Shown: positions 10,788-20,326, numbered from the stretch's first letter. The stretch: 64,000 nucleotides of DNA from Bacteroidota bacterium (GCA_017860295.1 JAFNAS010000010.1:4151-68150); one strand, 5' to 3'. The notes: generated by a model from the letters alone, not told the origin. A program made the numbers and translations.

Positions 10788-11513
10788 TTACTTTGCCCGG
10801 ATAATCCAACGGGTAAATAGAAAACACACAGCAATGACGCTGAGAAAATAAACCACATCGCGACTGTCGATCACGCCCCGGCTCATAGCCGCATAGTGAC
10901 TGTTGATGCCGATAGACGCGATAAATGTCTGTACGGTACCGGAAAGCGAGAGAGCCCCTATCAGTTCGAAACCAAAATAGAAGATGAAACTGAGTGTTAC
11001 GGCAAAAACAAAAGCAATGATTTGATTGCCGGTGCAGGCCGAAGTAAAAACTCCGATTGCGACATAGACTGAAGCCAGAAAAAGCAATCCGGTAAATGAT
11101 CCCCAGAAAGCTCCGGTATCAACATTCCCTACCGGTTCGGCCATTAGGTAAACTGAAGAAAAATAGATGATGGTAGGAATGAGTGACGTTATCACCAGTA
11201 GCATTCCTGCAAGGTATTTGGCTGCTACTATTTGAAGTTTCCCGATAGGACGGGTATAGATGAGTTCAATGGTTCCCATTCGTTTCTCTTCGGCAAAGAG
11301 CCGCATGGTGATGGCTGGAATCAGAAAAAGGTAGAGCCACGGAGCCAAAGAAAAAAGTCCGTTTAGTTGTGCGTAACCCGAATCAAGAATATTATATTCG
11401 CCGGGAAAGACCCATAAAAACAGTCCGGTAAGAGAAAGAAAAATGCCAACAATGATATAGCCAACGGCTGAACTGAAGAAATTGGCAAACTCTTTTTTGA
11501 GTAAAACAAGCAT
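10788..11513 (-). CDS. gldF: Gliding-motility-associated ABC transporter permease, GldF-like
   Basis: KKEFANFFSSAVGYI, YNILDSGYAQL, LFLIPAITMRLFAEEKRMGTIEL, HYAAMSRGVIDSRDVVYFLS. Confidence 0.85.
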   Translation of the reverse strand: MLVLLKKEFANFFSSAVGYIIVGIFLSLTGLFLWVFPGEYNILDSGYAQLNGLFSLAPWLYLFLIPAITMRLFAEEKRMGTIELIYTRPIGKLQIVAAKYLAGMLLVITSLIPTIIYFSSVYLMAEPVGNVDTGAFWGSFTGLLFLASVYVAIGVFTSACTGNQIIAFVFAVTLSFIFYFGFELIGALSLSGTVQTFIASIGINSHYAAMSRGVIDSRDVVYFLSVIAVCFLFTRWIIRAK

Positions 11514-11589
11514 GATTCTTTTGATTTGAAATTCTATGACAAAGATAGTGTAAATCGCTGTTGGAGAAAAATGAAAAAAGAGAGTCTTT

Positions 11590-11620
11590 CTTGCTATTGT
11601 ACTAAAAATAGATACCTTTG
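11590..11620 (+). promoter_or_regulatory. Promoter for the repeat-protein/DUF3943/QC operon, divergent from a gldF -7 element at 11540-11547 (minus)
   Basis: CTTG (11590-11593), 19-bp spacer, TACCTTTG (11613-11620). The minus strand has TATCTTTG at 11540-11547. Confidence 0.65.
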
Positions 11621-11646
11621 TGAATATTATCTACAGACGAGCCTTT

Positions 11647-12789
11647 ATGTATAAGTTATTGATAATCATTATTTCTATTTTTGCATCAGGCTCAATTTTT
11701 GCACAGACGGATATTAAGTATCTGAATGTTTCGTTATGGAATCCCGTAGCGACTGTCCCTTATTCATACGATAATTCGGTGATGCTTTCCCTTGGATTGT
11801 TACAATCGAAAACCAATAACATATATGGTTTGAGTGCTAGTGCATTGAGCGGTGTTACAGCGGGCAACATGTATGGGTTCCAATTTGGAGGATTGCATTC
11901 CAGAATCGAAGGAGCGGCTAAAGGGGTTACTATTTCAGGCCTTTACAACATTCATCATGCGTCTATGAGTGGAGTGGATATGAGCGGTCTTGCCACTCTG
12001 AATGTGGTGAATCATCATGGCGTGCAGCTCTCTGGTGTTCAGAATATTTGTATGTTCAATACGGATGGGGTGCAGATGGGTGGATTGATGAATGTAACTG
12101 GTCAGATGCTCTCCGGAGTACAGCTTTCAGGCGGATTCAATGTATCAAATGTTGTGCATGGAGTGCAGCTCTCTGGAATTGTTAATTTTGCGCTTCAAGA
12201 TTGCCGGGGAGTGCAGTTTTCTGGCTTCAATTATGCAACATCAATGAGAGGTATGCAAATAGGAGTCGCCAATTTTGCCCGTCGAATAAACGGAGTGCAA
12301 TTGGGCATCGTTAATTATTCAGCCGATTCATCTACGCTTAAACTTGGATTAGTGTCGATTTCTCCGAAAACCAAAATTCGACCTATGATTTATTATAGTA
12401 ATCTGGCAACGCTTAATGTAGGGTTCCGCTTTATGAACCGTATTTCGTACACCATTCTAGGGCTGGGAACTCCGTACGATGCTCCACAAACAACTTCATC
12501 GGGCATGTTTTTTTACCGTGTCGGACTTTATAAGCAAGTAGGTCGGTTTATCTTCAGTACGGATGCGGGCGCCAGTTATATTTCAAAATTTGTTGAAAGC
12601 ACCGAAACGACAGCATTGTCTGCCGAAGGTCGTGTAAACGTTGAGCTGGCAATCAATAAACAACTTTCAGTCACTTGCTCGGGAGGCTGTTCTTTGCGAA
12701 AGGCCTTTGCCGGAAAAAGAGTGAAGGAGGCAAAGCCGATTGTCGAATTTGGGATAGTATTGCCTAACTTGTTAAAATCAAGTAGATGA
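11647..12789 (+). CDS. Secreted repeat protein, LA_2272-like G-x-Q-x-S/G-G-x-x-N repeats
   Basis: Signal peptide SIFA|Q; about 11 repeats of 14-16 aa (e.g. HGVQLSGVQNICMFNT, SGVQLSGGFNVSNVV, RGMQIGVANFARRI); beta-strand-rich C-terminal part. Confidence 0.7.
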   Translation: MYKLLIIIISIFASGSIFAQTDIKYLNVSLWNPVATVPYSYDNSVMLSLGLLQSKTNNIYGLSASALSGVTAGNMYGFQFGGLHSRIEGAAKGVTISGLYNIHHASMSGVDMSGLATLNVVNHHGVQLSGVQNICMFNTDGVQMGGLMNVTGQMLSGVQLSGGFNVSNVVHGVQLSGIVNFALQDCRGVQFSGFNYATSMRGMQIGVANFARRINGVQLGIVNYSADSSTLKLGLVSISPKTKIRPMIYYSNLATLNVGFRFMNRISYTILGLGTPYDAPQTTSSGMFFYRVGLYKQVGRFIFSTDAGASYISKFVESTETTALSAEGRVNVELAINKQLSVTCSGGCSLRKAFAGKRVKEAKPIVEFGIVLPNLLKSSR

Positions 12790-14282
12790 CGAAGCGATTG
12801 ATATATATACAGATTTTCGTTTTCGCCTCTTTTATGTCGCTTTGTGCACAAGGCGTTGCGGTAATTAAGCCATTGCCGTCCTATGCCGACAGCATTCAGC
12901 AGACGGCTGAGAGATTAAAGAAAAAACCGCTCGTTGCGGTTGCTGAAGTCGTTGGCTTAAACCTGGGTGTGTGGGGAATGGATTATTTGATGGGAGCTGA
13001 ATTTGCGAAGATCAGTTTCTCAACGATGAAATATAATATTGCCCATAAATGGGTGTGGGACAACGATCAGCTGAATACAAACCTATTTGCCCATCCCTAT
13101 CATGGTGGACTGTATTTTGCAGCTGCACGTTCGAATGGAATGAATTTCTGGCAATCGTTACCCTATTCTTTTTGTGGTAGTCTGATGTGGGAAACCCTTA
13201 TGGAAACAGAGCCTCCTGCCATTAATGATTTGATGGCAACCACATTAGGAGGTGCCATGATGGGTGAGATGCTGTTTCGTTTATCATCGTCAGTGTATGA
13301 TGATTCCAAAAGTGGTACCAGTCGTATCGGACGCGAAATTCTCGGAGGACTTCTCTCTCCGATGCAGGGGTTTAATCGGCTTATAACCGGTAAGGCCTGG
13401 CATGTGCGTCGCAATAATCATGCCGACTATTTTCATTATAATCCTACTATCTTTGAAGTCTTTATCGGAGGACGTTATTTATCGGAAAAAGGGCATGCCT
13501 TTCAGGGTGCTTATACTACCGATTTCGGGTTTACGGCTAAGCATGGAAATCCTTTCGAAAAAGAAAATTATCAGCCCTACGACTGGTTTAATGTTAGTAT
13601 GAATTTCGGTTTTGGCGGAGGTCAGCCAACAATCGGGTCGGTGAATGCGGTGGGATTGATTGCCGGTCGCAATGTGGAACTGTCGCATAATCAGCAGATG
13701 GTGTTGGGAATCTATCAACATTTCAACTTTTTCGATTCAAATCCGGTGCTTTCAAGTGGGAGTAATGTTACTCCTTATCAAATAGCGGAAACTGTCTCTT
13801 TTGGCCCCGGATTGTTGTATAGACTGGATCCTGAGAATGAGAAGTTAGGCTTTGTCGGATCAACGTATGCCAATTTTGTATTACTCGGGGCATCTCTTTC
13901 CGATCATTATCAGAATATGAATCGCAAATACAGTATGGGGCAAGGGTTTAGCCTGAATTTAAGTGCATCGTTGCAGTATAAAGGAGTTGGTGAATTCGGT
14001 GTCAAGTTGTACAACCTGAATATTTACACATGGAAGGGCTATCCTGCCGGATTGGATCTGACAACGTTGACGCGCGAGCAACAGCTTTACCTGAATGCTC
14101 AGGGAGATAAGGGTCGTACCTCTATATTCATGATAACTCCTACGTTTAGTTTCGATTTATCTCCTTCGTTAGGCCTGGTATTCGAGCAACGGAGTTTTAT
14201 ACGGACATCTAACTATGTACATTTCCCGATTGTGCGTTATGCAACATTTGATGCTCAAGTAGCGTTGAAATATAAATTTTAA
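12786..14282 (+). CDS. DUF3943-domain outer-membrane protein
   Basis: WDNDQLNTNLFAHPYHGGLYFAAARSNG and SLMWETLMETEPPAINDLMATTLGG; C-terminal Phe (LKYKF); start overlaps the upstream stop (ATGA). Confidence 0.8.
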   Translation: MTKRLIYIQIFVFASFMSLCAQGVAVIKPLPSYADSIQQTAERLKKKPLVAVAEVVGLNLGVWGMDYLMGAEFAKISFSTMKYNIAHKWVWDNDQLNTNLFAHPYHGGLYFAAARSNGMNFWQSLPYSFCGSLMWETLMETEPPAINDLMATTLGGAMMGEMLFRLSSSVYDDSKSGTSRIGREILGGLLSPMQGFNRLITGKAWHVRRNNHADYFHYNPTIFEVFIGGRYLSEKGHAFQGAYTTDFGFTAKHGNPFEKENYQPYDWFNVSMNFGFGGGQPTIGSVNAVGLIAGRNVELSHNQQMVLGIYQHFNFFDSNPVLSSGSNVTPYQIAETVSFGPGLLYRLDPENEKLGFVGSTYANFVLLGASLSDHYQNMNRKYSMGQGFSLNLSASLQYKGVGEFGVKLYNLNIYTWKGYPAGLDLTTLTREQQLYLNAQGDKGRTSIFMITPTFSFDLSPSLGLVFEQRSFIRTSNYVHFPIVRYATFDAQVALKYKF

Positions 14283-14297
14283 AATACATTTCCGTTT

Positions 14298-15281
14298 ATG
14301 AATAAATTAATATCAGTTTGCTGCCTTTTACTTTTTGTGGGTGGATGTAGTTCGGCTGGCAAACAGGCTACGTCCACCGATCAGACTGCTCAGGTGTCAG
14401 TTCCTCAATTCGACTCCGATTCGGCGTTTCTCTATGTGAAAACCCAGTGCGATTTTGGTCCTCGTATTCCCAATTCTAAAGCTCACGAAGCTTGTGCCGA
14501 CTATTTGACCGGGCAAATGGAACGTTTCGGTGCAAAAGTGATTCGTCAAAAGGCCGACCTGAAAGGATATGATGGAACTATACTGAAATCGACCAATATT
14601 ATTGCTTCCTATAGACCTGCTCTGACAGAGCGTATTCTACTGTGCGCTCACTGGGATTGTCGTCCTTGGTGCGATCACGATAAAGATCCGGCCAATTATC
14701 ATAAACCTGTGATGGGAGCCAATGATGCTGCCAGTGGGGTAGGTGTGCTGATGGAAGTTGCCCGGCAGTTGAATAAGCAACAGCCTTCGGTTGGCGTCGA
14801 TATTATTTTTCTCGATTCGGAAGATTATGGAACTCCCGAGTTTTACAAGGGAGCTCAGGACGAAAATTCGTGGTGTCTTGGAACTCAATATTGGGCTAAA
14901 AATCCTCATGTAAAGGGCTATAAAGCACGCTTCGGCATCTTGCTCGATATGGTAGGAGCTCCGGGCGCGGTCTTCTACAAAGAGCAGGAATCACTTGGCT
15001 TTGCTCCTTCGGTGGTGGATAAGGTCTGGAACAAAGCCCGTGAGTATGGTTTTACTTCCTATTTTGTAGACGGAACAGGAGGGGCTATTACCGACGATCA
15101 TATCTATGTCAATCGCCTGGCGGGTATTCCATGCATCGACATTATTCACTTTGATCCTCACAGCGAAACTGGTTTCGGCAGTTACTGGCATACGACTCAC
15201 GACACGATGGATAATGTCAATAGACAGACGTTACTCGCAGTTGGTCAGACTCTACTGGGAGTAATTTATTCTGAAAAATAG
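14298..15281 (+). CDS. M28-fold lipoprotein, probable Bacteroidetes glutaminyl cyclase
   Basis: Lipobox FVGG|C; QCDFGPRIPNS, LCAHWDCRPW.D.D, GANDAASGVGVL, DSEDYG, LLDMVG, TDDH, WHTTHD. Confidence 0.8.
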   Translation: MNKLISVCCLLLFVGGCSSAGKQATSTDQTAQVSVPQFDSDSAFLYVKTQCDFGPRIPNSKAHEACADYLTGQMERFGAKVIRQKADLKGYDGTILKSTNIIASYRPALTERILLCAHWDCRPWCDHDKDPANYHKPVMGANDAASGVGVLMEVARQLNKQQPSVGVDIIFLDSEDYGTPEFYKGAQDENSWCLGTQYWAKNPHVKGYKARFGILLDMVGAPGAVFYKEQESLGFAPSVVDKVWNKAREYGFTSYFVDGTGGAITDDHIYVNRLAGIPCIDIIHFDPHSETGFGSYWHTTHDTMDNVNRQTLLAVGQTLLGVIYSEK

Positions 15282-15385
15282 AGGAAATGCAAAATATTTA
15301 GCGAAGGACTTTACTGCCGGTGAAGTATTTTTGTTATGTATTGAATTTGGGTAATATATTCAAAGTTATAGTTCTCAAAGCATAT

Positions 15386-15419
15386 AAAAAGGCAACCTCT
15401 GTAAAGAGATTGCCTTTTT
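15386..15419. terminator. Bidirectional terminator downstream of the M16 pair
   Basis: aaaaaggcaacctct-gtaa-agagattgccttttt. A second, weaker hairpin at 15308-15326 follows the M28 gene. Confidence 0.8.
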
Positions 15420-15438
15420 GAACAATGAAATAGTTGTT

Positions 15439-16743
15439 CTATTTTGTGGTTCTACCGAAAGCCTCTTTGTCGGTTAGAGTTTCGTCACCGAGGTAGCTCC
15501 ATTTAATGCCGTCAATATATTTTGCAAATGTGTTCTGCATTTCAGGCAGGGTGACCGCATTAATTTGATTCAAAAGAGAGATCTCGTTTTTCCAGCTGCC
15601 TTTAATTTCGGCAATTCCCAATGCTCTGGCATTAGCAGAGGTTGACTCGTTACGCATAAAATAAGAAGTCATTAATTTGCTTTTGGCATCTTTCAGATCG
15701 GTTGCGGTAAATCCACCGTTGCGCAATCGTTTGATTTCATCCACTATGACGTTTACCGCTTCTCTGGGTTTTGTCGTCGTTACATATACCTCGGCAAAGG
15801 GCAAAAATCCACTCGACAGAGTGGCTGCAGGGGTATACGAGAGGTTTCTTTTTGTTCTTACCTCTTCGAAGAGTTTATCGTTAAGAATGGCAAATGCCAG
15901 ACGATATGCATTGAATTCGGAGGAGGTAGGAGACGGCGCACCAAGGATACCCGACATGTAGTTGGTGGCCAGTTTTCGATTCTCGACATTTAATGTAGTG
16001 GCGTTTATAATAGTCGATTCCGGAACTTTGACCTGTGCCAGTGGGGCTGAAGGTAGAGTGCCGAATGCGATTTCTACTTTTTGTTTTACATCCTGAATGG
16101 AAAGATTTCCCACAATAACAAGGAGCAGCCGGTTTACATTTAGCAAATCATCGTAGTATTTTTTGATCTCTTCCTGTTTGAAGGCACTCATGGTTTCTAT
16201 CGATCCTTCGGGACGTATGGCATAACGGGTGCCTTTGAATGCGTCCTGCATTGTCATTTGAGTCAGTGAATTATCAGGATCACTCTCTTGGCTTTTTAGA
16301 CCTGAAATTTTCTTTTGTTGCAACATACTCAGCTCTTTTACGTCAAAAACTGGATGATTAATGGCTTCTGCAAAAAGATCCCAGCCTTTGTCAAAATAAG
16401 GTTTGACGCAACTCATACTGATGAAGCCGTAATCGTAGTTGGAACCTCCATTGGCATCTATGCTATATTTATCAGCTAAATCCTTAAAAGCATCTTTTGG
16501 ATATTTCTGAGTACCACACTCGGTAGCAGCACTTAAAGCCAGCGATTCGATACCTTGTTGTTGGGCAGAATAGTTGGCTGTTCCTCCTTTGAAAAACATA
16601 TATGCACTTACCGATTGTTTGGCCGATGGCTTAAAAATTACTTTTAGCCCGTGTATATTCATTTCTGTGACATTGACTTGAGCTTGCAAACAAAACGAAC
16701 AAGTTGCAAGTATCGCGATCATGCTAAATATTTTAATTTTCAT
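15439..16743 (-). CDS. M16B peptidase, non-catalytic subunit (no HxxEH)
   Basis: Signal peptide LQA|Q; insulinase fold motifs; HxxEH position replaced by SAATECG; retains the R/Y motif EVRTKRNLSY. Confidence 0.8.
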   Translation of the reverse strand: MKIKIFSMIAILATCSFCLQAQVNVTEMNIHGLKVIFKPSAKQSVSAYMFFKGGTANYSAQQQGIESLALSAATECGTQKYPKDAFKDLADKYSIDANGGSNYDYGFISMSCVKPYFDKGWDLFAEAINHPVFDVKELSMLQQKKISGLKSQESDPDNSLTQMTMQDAFKGTRYAIRPEGSIETMSAFKQEEIKKYYDDLLNVNRLLLVIVGNLSIQDVKQKVEIAFGTLPSAPLAQVKVPESTIINATTLNVENRKLATNYMSGILGAPSPTSSEFNAYRLAFAILNDKLFEEVRTKRNLSYTPAATLSSGFLPFAEVYVTTTKPREAVNVIVDEIKRLRNGGFTATDLKDAKSKLMTSYFMRNESTSANARALGIAEIKGSWKNEISLLNQINAVTLPEMQNTFAKYIDGIKWSYLGDETLTDKEAFGRTTK

Positions 16744-16784
16744 TTGATTCTTGTTTAATGTTCAAATCTATCCTTTTATTCTCC

Positions 16785-18143
16785 TTATTCTTTCCAAAAT
16801 GTTTCCGGTTTCAACTGATCTTTCTGGGCTGGATTGATCAGTAATCCTGCACAATAATTCTTTCCTTTGATGTATTTGCGAACATAATCTTGCAGATCTT
16901 CTTTTGTTATTTTTTTGATATTCGCAATGTAGTTGTAAAAATAATCGAGATCAGCCGTACACCAGTTGTAAGCCAAATCATGCGATAATGACGAGGTAAC
17001 ATCAAATTCTTGCAGATTTTGGATTTCCAGTTGACGTTTTGCATTTTCCAATTGTTCATTTGTAATATAATCAGGCGAATCCCACTGGGCAATTTGCTCT
17101 TTCATTGCTTGTGCGCAGGCAGCTACATTGGCAGGATGTGGCACTACAATGACTCTGATTGGACCGGTATGTTTCAGCGTTTGGTAGTTTACACTGGCTT
17201 GCAATGCCAGACCTTTGTCTACTAGCTCTTTTTGGAATTTGTTTGAATTCTGAGATAAAATATATGAGAAAACATCAGCCGCGTAAGTGGCTGGGCGGTC
17301 GCCTCTGGTATCAGGTCCATGCCAGCCGAGCATGAACAAAGGTACTCGCGCATTTTTTGATTCCACTACAAAATAATTTATTTTATCTAACGGTTTGAAC
17401 TCTGGAATCGGCCATTTGGTAAAAGGATCGAAACCAGAAGCTTTCCACGAACCGAAAAGTTCTTTCACTTTGGCGAAAACCGTAGTGTGGTTGATATCTC
17501 CAGAGATGATTAACATTGAGTTGTTCGGCCAATAGTATTTGTCTTTGATGGCCTGCATCTTTTCCGGAGTTGCTGTATTAATGATAGTGTGATCGCCAAT
17601 CACATTTTTACGGCTGAAAAGATCGCCCCACATTGCCCGATTCATGGCCATGAAGAGTGGAAAATAGGGATTTGATTCGTTGCGTTGAAACTCTCCGTCC
17701 ACAACCACATTCTCTTTTTTCATCTCTTCGGGAAGAAAAAGAGGATGACGGATTGCCGAGTTCATAAAATTAAGTCCTGCTATCCAATTGTTTTTAGGCA
17801 AGGTGAAGAAATAATTCACTCTTTCTTCGGAGGTCGTTCCGTTAAAAACGATGCCTAGTTCACGCACTTTGGCCATAAACTTTTCCTGACTTGGATAATC
17901 TTTATTCGCTTTGAAGAACATGTGTTCGTACAAGTGACTTAATCCGTTGAATTCGGGAGATTCTGTGTACGAACCATTTTTGGTCGTGATTTCAACAGTG
18001 GCAAGAGGTACGCTTTTGTCTTCAACGACCAATATTTCCAGCCCATTAGCCAATTTTGTGCTGAAGAAATTGGCAGGCTTTTGAGCAACTACCTGCACAA
18101 GCATGACAAGCATGCTCGTGCATAAAACCATCTTTTTAATCAT
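16785..18143 (-). CDS. M16B zinc peptidase, catalytic subunit
   Basis: Signal peptide VVA|Q; GLSHLYEHMFF (inverzincin HxxEH), FNGTT, ENVVVDGE. Confidence 0.9.
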   Translation of the reverse strand: MIKKMVLCTSMLVMLVQVVAQKPANFFSTKLANGLEILVVEDKSVPLATVEITTKNGSYTESPEFNGLSHLYEHMFFKANKDYPSQEKFMAKVRELGIVFNGTTSEERVNYFFTLPKNNWIAGLNFMNSAIRHPLFLPEEMKKENVVVDGEFQRNESNPYFPLFMAMNRAMWGDLFSRKNVIGDHTIINTATPEKMQAIKDKYYWPNNSMLIISGDINHTTVFAKVKELFGSWKASGFDPFTKWPIPEFKPLDKINYFVVESKNARVPLFMLGWHGPDTRGDRPATYAADVFSYILSQNSNKFQKELVDKGLALQASVNYQTLKHTGPIRVIVVPHPANVAACAQAMKEQIAQWDSPDYITNEQLENAKRQLEIQNLQEFDVTSSLSHDLAYNWCTADLDYFYNYIANIKKITKEDLQDYVRKYIKGKNYCAGLLINPAQKDQLKPETFWKE

Positions 18144-18213
18144 ACAATTTAAGTAAATAAGTGAAATGTATTTAAGGTACTAGCCTATAATACCTGTGAT
18201 AATATTAACATTA

Positions 18214-18221
18214 CAAAAGTA
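18214..18221 (-). promoter_or_regulatory. -7 promoter element for the M16 pair
   Basis: TACTTTTG on the minus strand, ~70 bp upstream of the start. Confidence 0.55.
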
Positions 18222-18542
18222 GTGATTTGTCTTGTAATATGTAATATTTTGTGTTAAATATGAGTAGTGCTGGGTGTGATGGCTATAAATGCAAAAGAAA
18301 TTCTTCATTTTCCCAAAAAGAATAATGCTTTTAGATATAGGAAAAACACTCTTCTGATTTTTCAGTCGAGTAAAAATTGGCATGGTATGCATATCTGTAC
18401 ATCGCTTATTTGTGGTATTGATACAATACTGCTATTATAATCAATGCATATATACGCTTGCGTCCATATTTATTTGAGTCTTTTAAGTTACGAACAGATA
18501 GAAAGGTGTCCGAATGTGCCGATAAGTTGTCTGTTATAGATT

Positions 18543-18960
18543 GCACCAAGAGTATTGCAATTATCTTCAATCAACTACAGGTGTGATTGTTGGAGCAATA
18601 GTTTTTTGCAATCTGTATGGTGGATATACGGTAGAACCTGCGCTCGAATGAACAGATAGGTTATTGGTTAATAAAACGATAAAGGCTCCAAGGGGGAAAG
18701 GCAAATTAACGATACGATAATCGCAATGCCGCAACCGTGTAATTACAGAAAACAATTTCAATATCAGGAAAATAAACTGAAAAAGCAATTTAGAAGAAAA
18801 GCTGCCATAGAACCTATAAACGGTCAATTGAAAATAGATCATGGCTTAAATCGTAATTTCTACAAATGAATTATAGACGATAATATTAATGAGATGTAGC
18901 AGCTACATTTAACTTCAAACGGATGATCAATAAATAGAAATCATCTTTTTGGTGGATGCT
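18543..18960 (+). pseudogene. Decayed IS5-family transposase (C-terminal fragment)
   Basis: Manual translation across frameshifts and stops gives TKSIAII / STTGVIVGAIVFCNLYGGYTVEPALE*TDRL / QINDTIIAMPQP..KLKKQFRRKAAIEPINGQLKIDHGLNRNFYK*IIDDNIN / AATFNFKRMINK*. This matches the Bacteroidetes IS5 C-terminal pattern RRRAAIEP.IGHLK.DH...RNF.KG..GD.IN...AA.AFNFKR. Confidence 0.85.
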
Positions 18961-19035
18961 TAAACTGCAGATTGTTGATTTGATAAACTCTATGTTTTTC
19001 CAAATCAACAATAAAATAGTACTAAAACGGACATT

Positions 19036-20262
19036 TTAAGACTCAATATTAAAATATTTTTTCAAAAAATTGGGAGTCTTTCGCTTGAGTATAAATTTTG
19101 TGTAGTGAAGATTTTTATGGCGAAGATTTTTATAATCAAATTGTTGGTAAATTAACTCAAGTCTAGTCTTCATTCTTTCGCCTACTTTCTCAAGAGAATA
19201 GTTCGTGTTTAATTCAAGTTGAGCTTTATTGGCTATTTCTTTTGCCCGATTGTAATCACTTCTTACCGTTTTCATTAGTTCAGCGGCTTTGTCTATATCT
19301 GGTTCTGCCCAAGAATAGCCCTTTGTGTAATTTGAATTAACATTAGCAACTTCAACCATTTTATACGGAACAAGGAAACTATTCTTATCATTCATGAAGT
19401 CGGTATTGCCCGAAAAATTGGTGGCAATAACTGGTTTTCCAACAGACATTGCTTCGAACATGGTGAGTCCGAACCCTTCTCCCCTATGTAATGAAACCAA
19501 TACGTCGCATGATTTTATTAGACCATTGTATTCATCACGTCCTAAAGTAGTATCTACAGTGAGGATGTTGGCTGTATTGGCAATTCTATCCAGAAGTTGC
19601 TTTCTGGCAAGAGGGTGATTATCGCCTGCAATAGTTTTAATAATCAAAATTGTAGATAGATCATCTTTGAATACCTTTTCAAAAGCCTCAATAACCCCCA
19701 TTATGTTCTTTCGAATGATAGAGCTGCAGAAATCGAATATTGTTAAAAAAATAAATTTGTCTTCCGGTAATTTTAGGTCTTGACGTGTAATGTGAGATGA
19801 ATTTGGCATGACCGGGCAAGTGAAGACTGATATCGGAATTGGAGAGACTAAAGACATCGATTGGGCACAGAATGAACTTTGCGTCCATACTTCATCAAAG
19901 AAGGAGAAATAAGAGTTCCATTTTTTTGGAAATTGAGGTAATTCCCATACCCAAAATGCTATGTTATATCTGTTTTTTAATAGCTTCCGATGCTTTCTAA
20001 GGAATCGGTTAAGATGATCTGGTTGTATCTGGATAATATTTATTGGATATTGAGGTGTTTTGGATATTTTGGTAATACTTTTATCGATAGAGCGTTGTTC
20101 TGTTTTTCTGTTGAAATTGATAGCATTTACCTTTATTCCTGCAGATTCAAGAGCTTTGATAGTCATGATAGCGCCTTGTCCAAGGCCAAATTCGCCTCTT
20201 ACAAAGCCAATAACATTAACTCCAAGGTCATCTTTTGGTATGGGTCTGATTTTATGAAACAT
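19036..20262 (-). CDS. Glycosyltransferase family 4 (AT-rich, atypical)
   Basis: IAFWVWELP, IFDFCSSIIRKNIMG, signature SLHRGEGFGLTMFEAMSVGKPVIATNFSGNTDFM. Confidence 0.88.
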   Translation of the reverse strand: MFHKIRPIPKDDLGVNVIGFVRGEFGLGQGAIMTIKALESAGIKVNAINFNRKTEQRSIDKSITKISKTPQYPINIIQIQPDHLNRFLRKHRKLLKNRYNIAFWVWELPQFPKKWNSYFSFFDEVWTQSSFCAQSMSLVSPIPISVFTCPVMPNSSHITRQDLKLPEDKFIFLTIFDFCSSIIRKNIMGVIEAFEKVFKDDLSTILIIKTIAGDNHPLARKQLLDRIANTANILTVDTTLGRDEYNGLIKSCDVLVSLHRGEGFGLTMFEAMSVGKPVIATNFSGNTDFMNDKNSFLVPYKMVEVANVNSNYTKGYSWAEPDIDKAAELMKTVRSDYNRAKEIANKAQLELNTNYSLEKVGERMKTRLELIYQQFDYKNLRHKNLHYTKFILKRKTPNFLKKYFNIES

Positions 20263-20326
20263 TTAATAATTGTAAAGGTTGTGCTTCTAATGAGATATTC
20301 TAATGCTGAGAAACTTCAATAATTAA

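Noticed and set aside
18567-18842. 91-aa minus-strand ORF
   Set aside because: Antisense to the IS5 remnant; the recognisable homology is on the plus strand.
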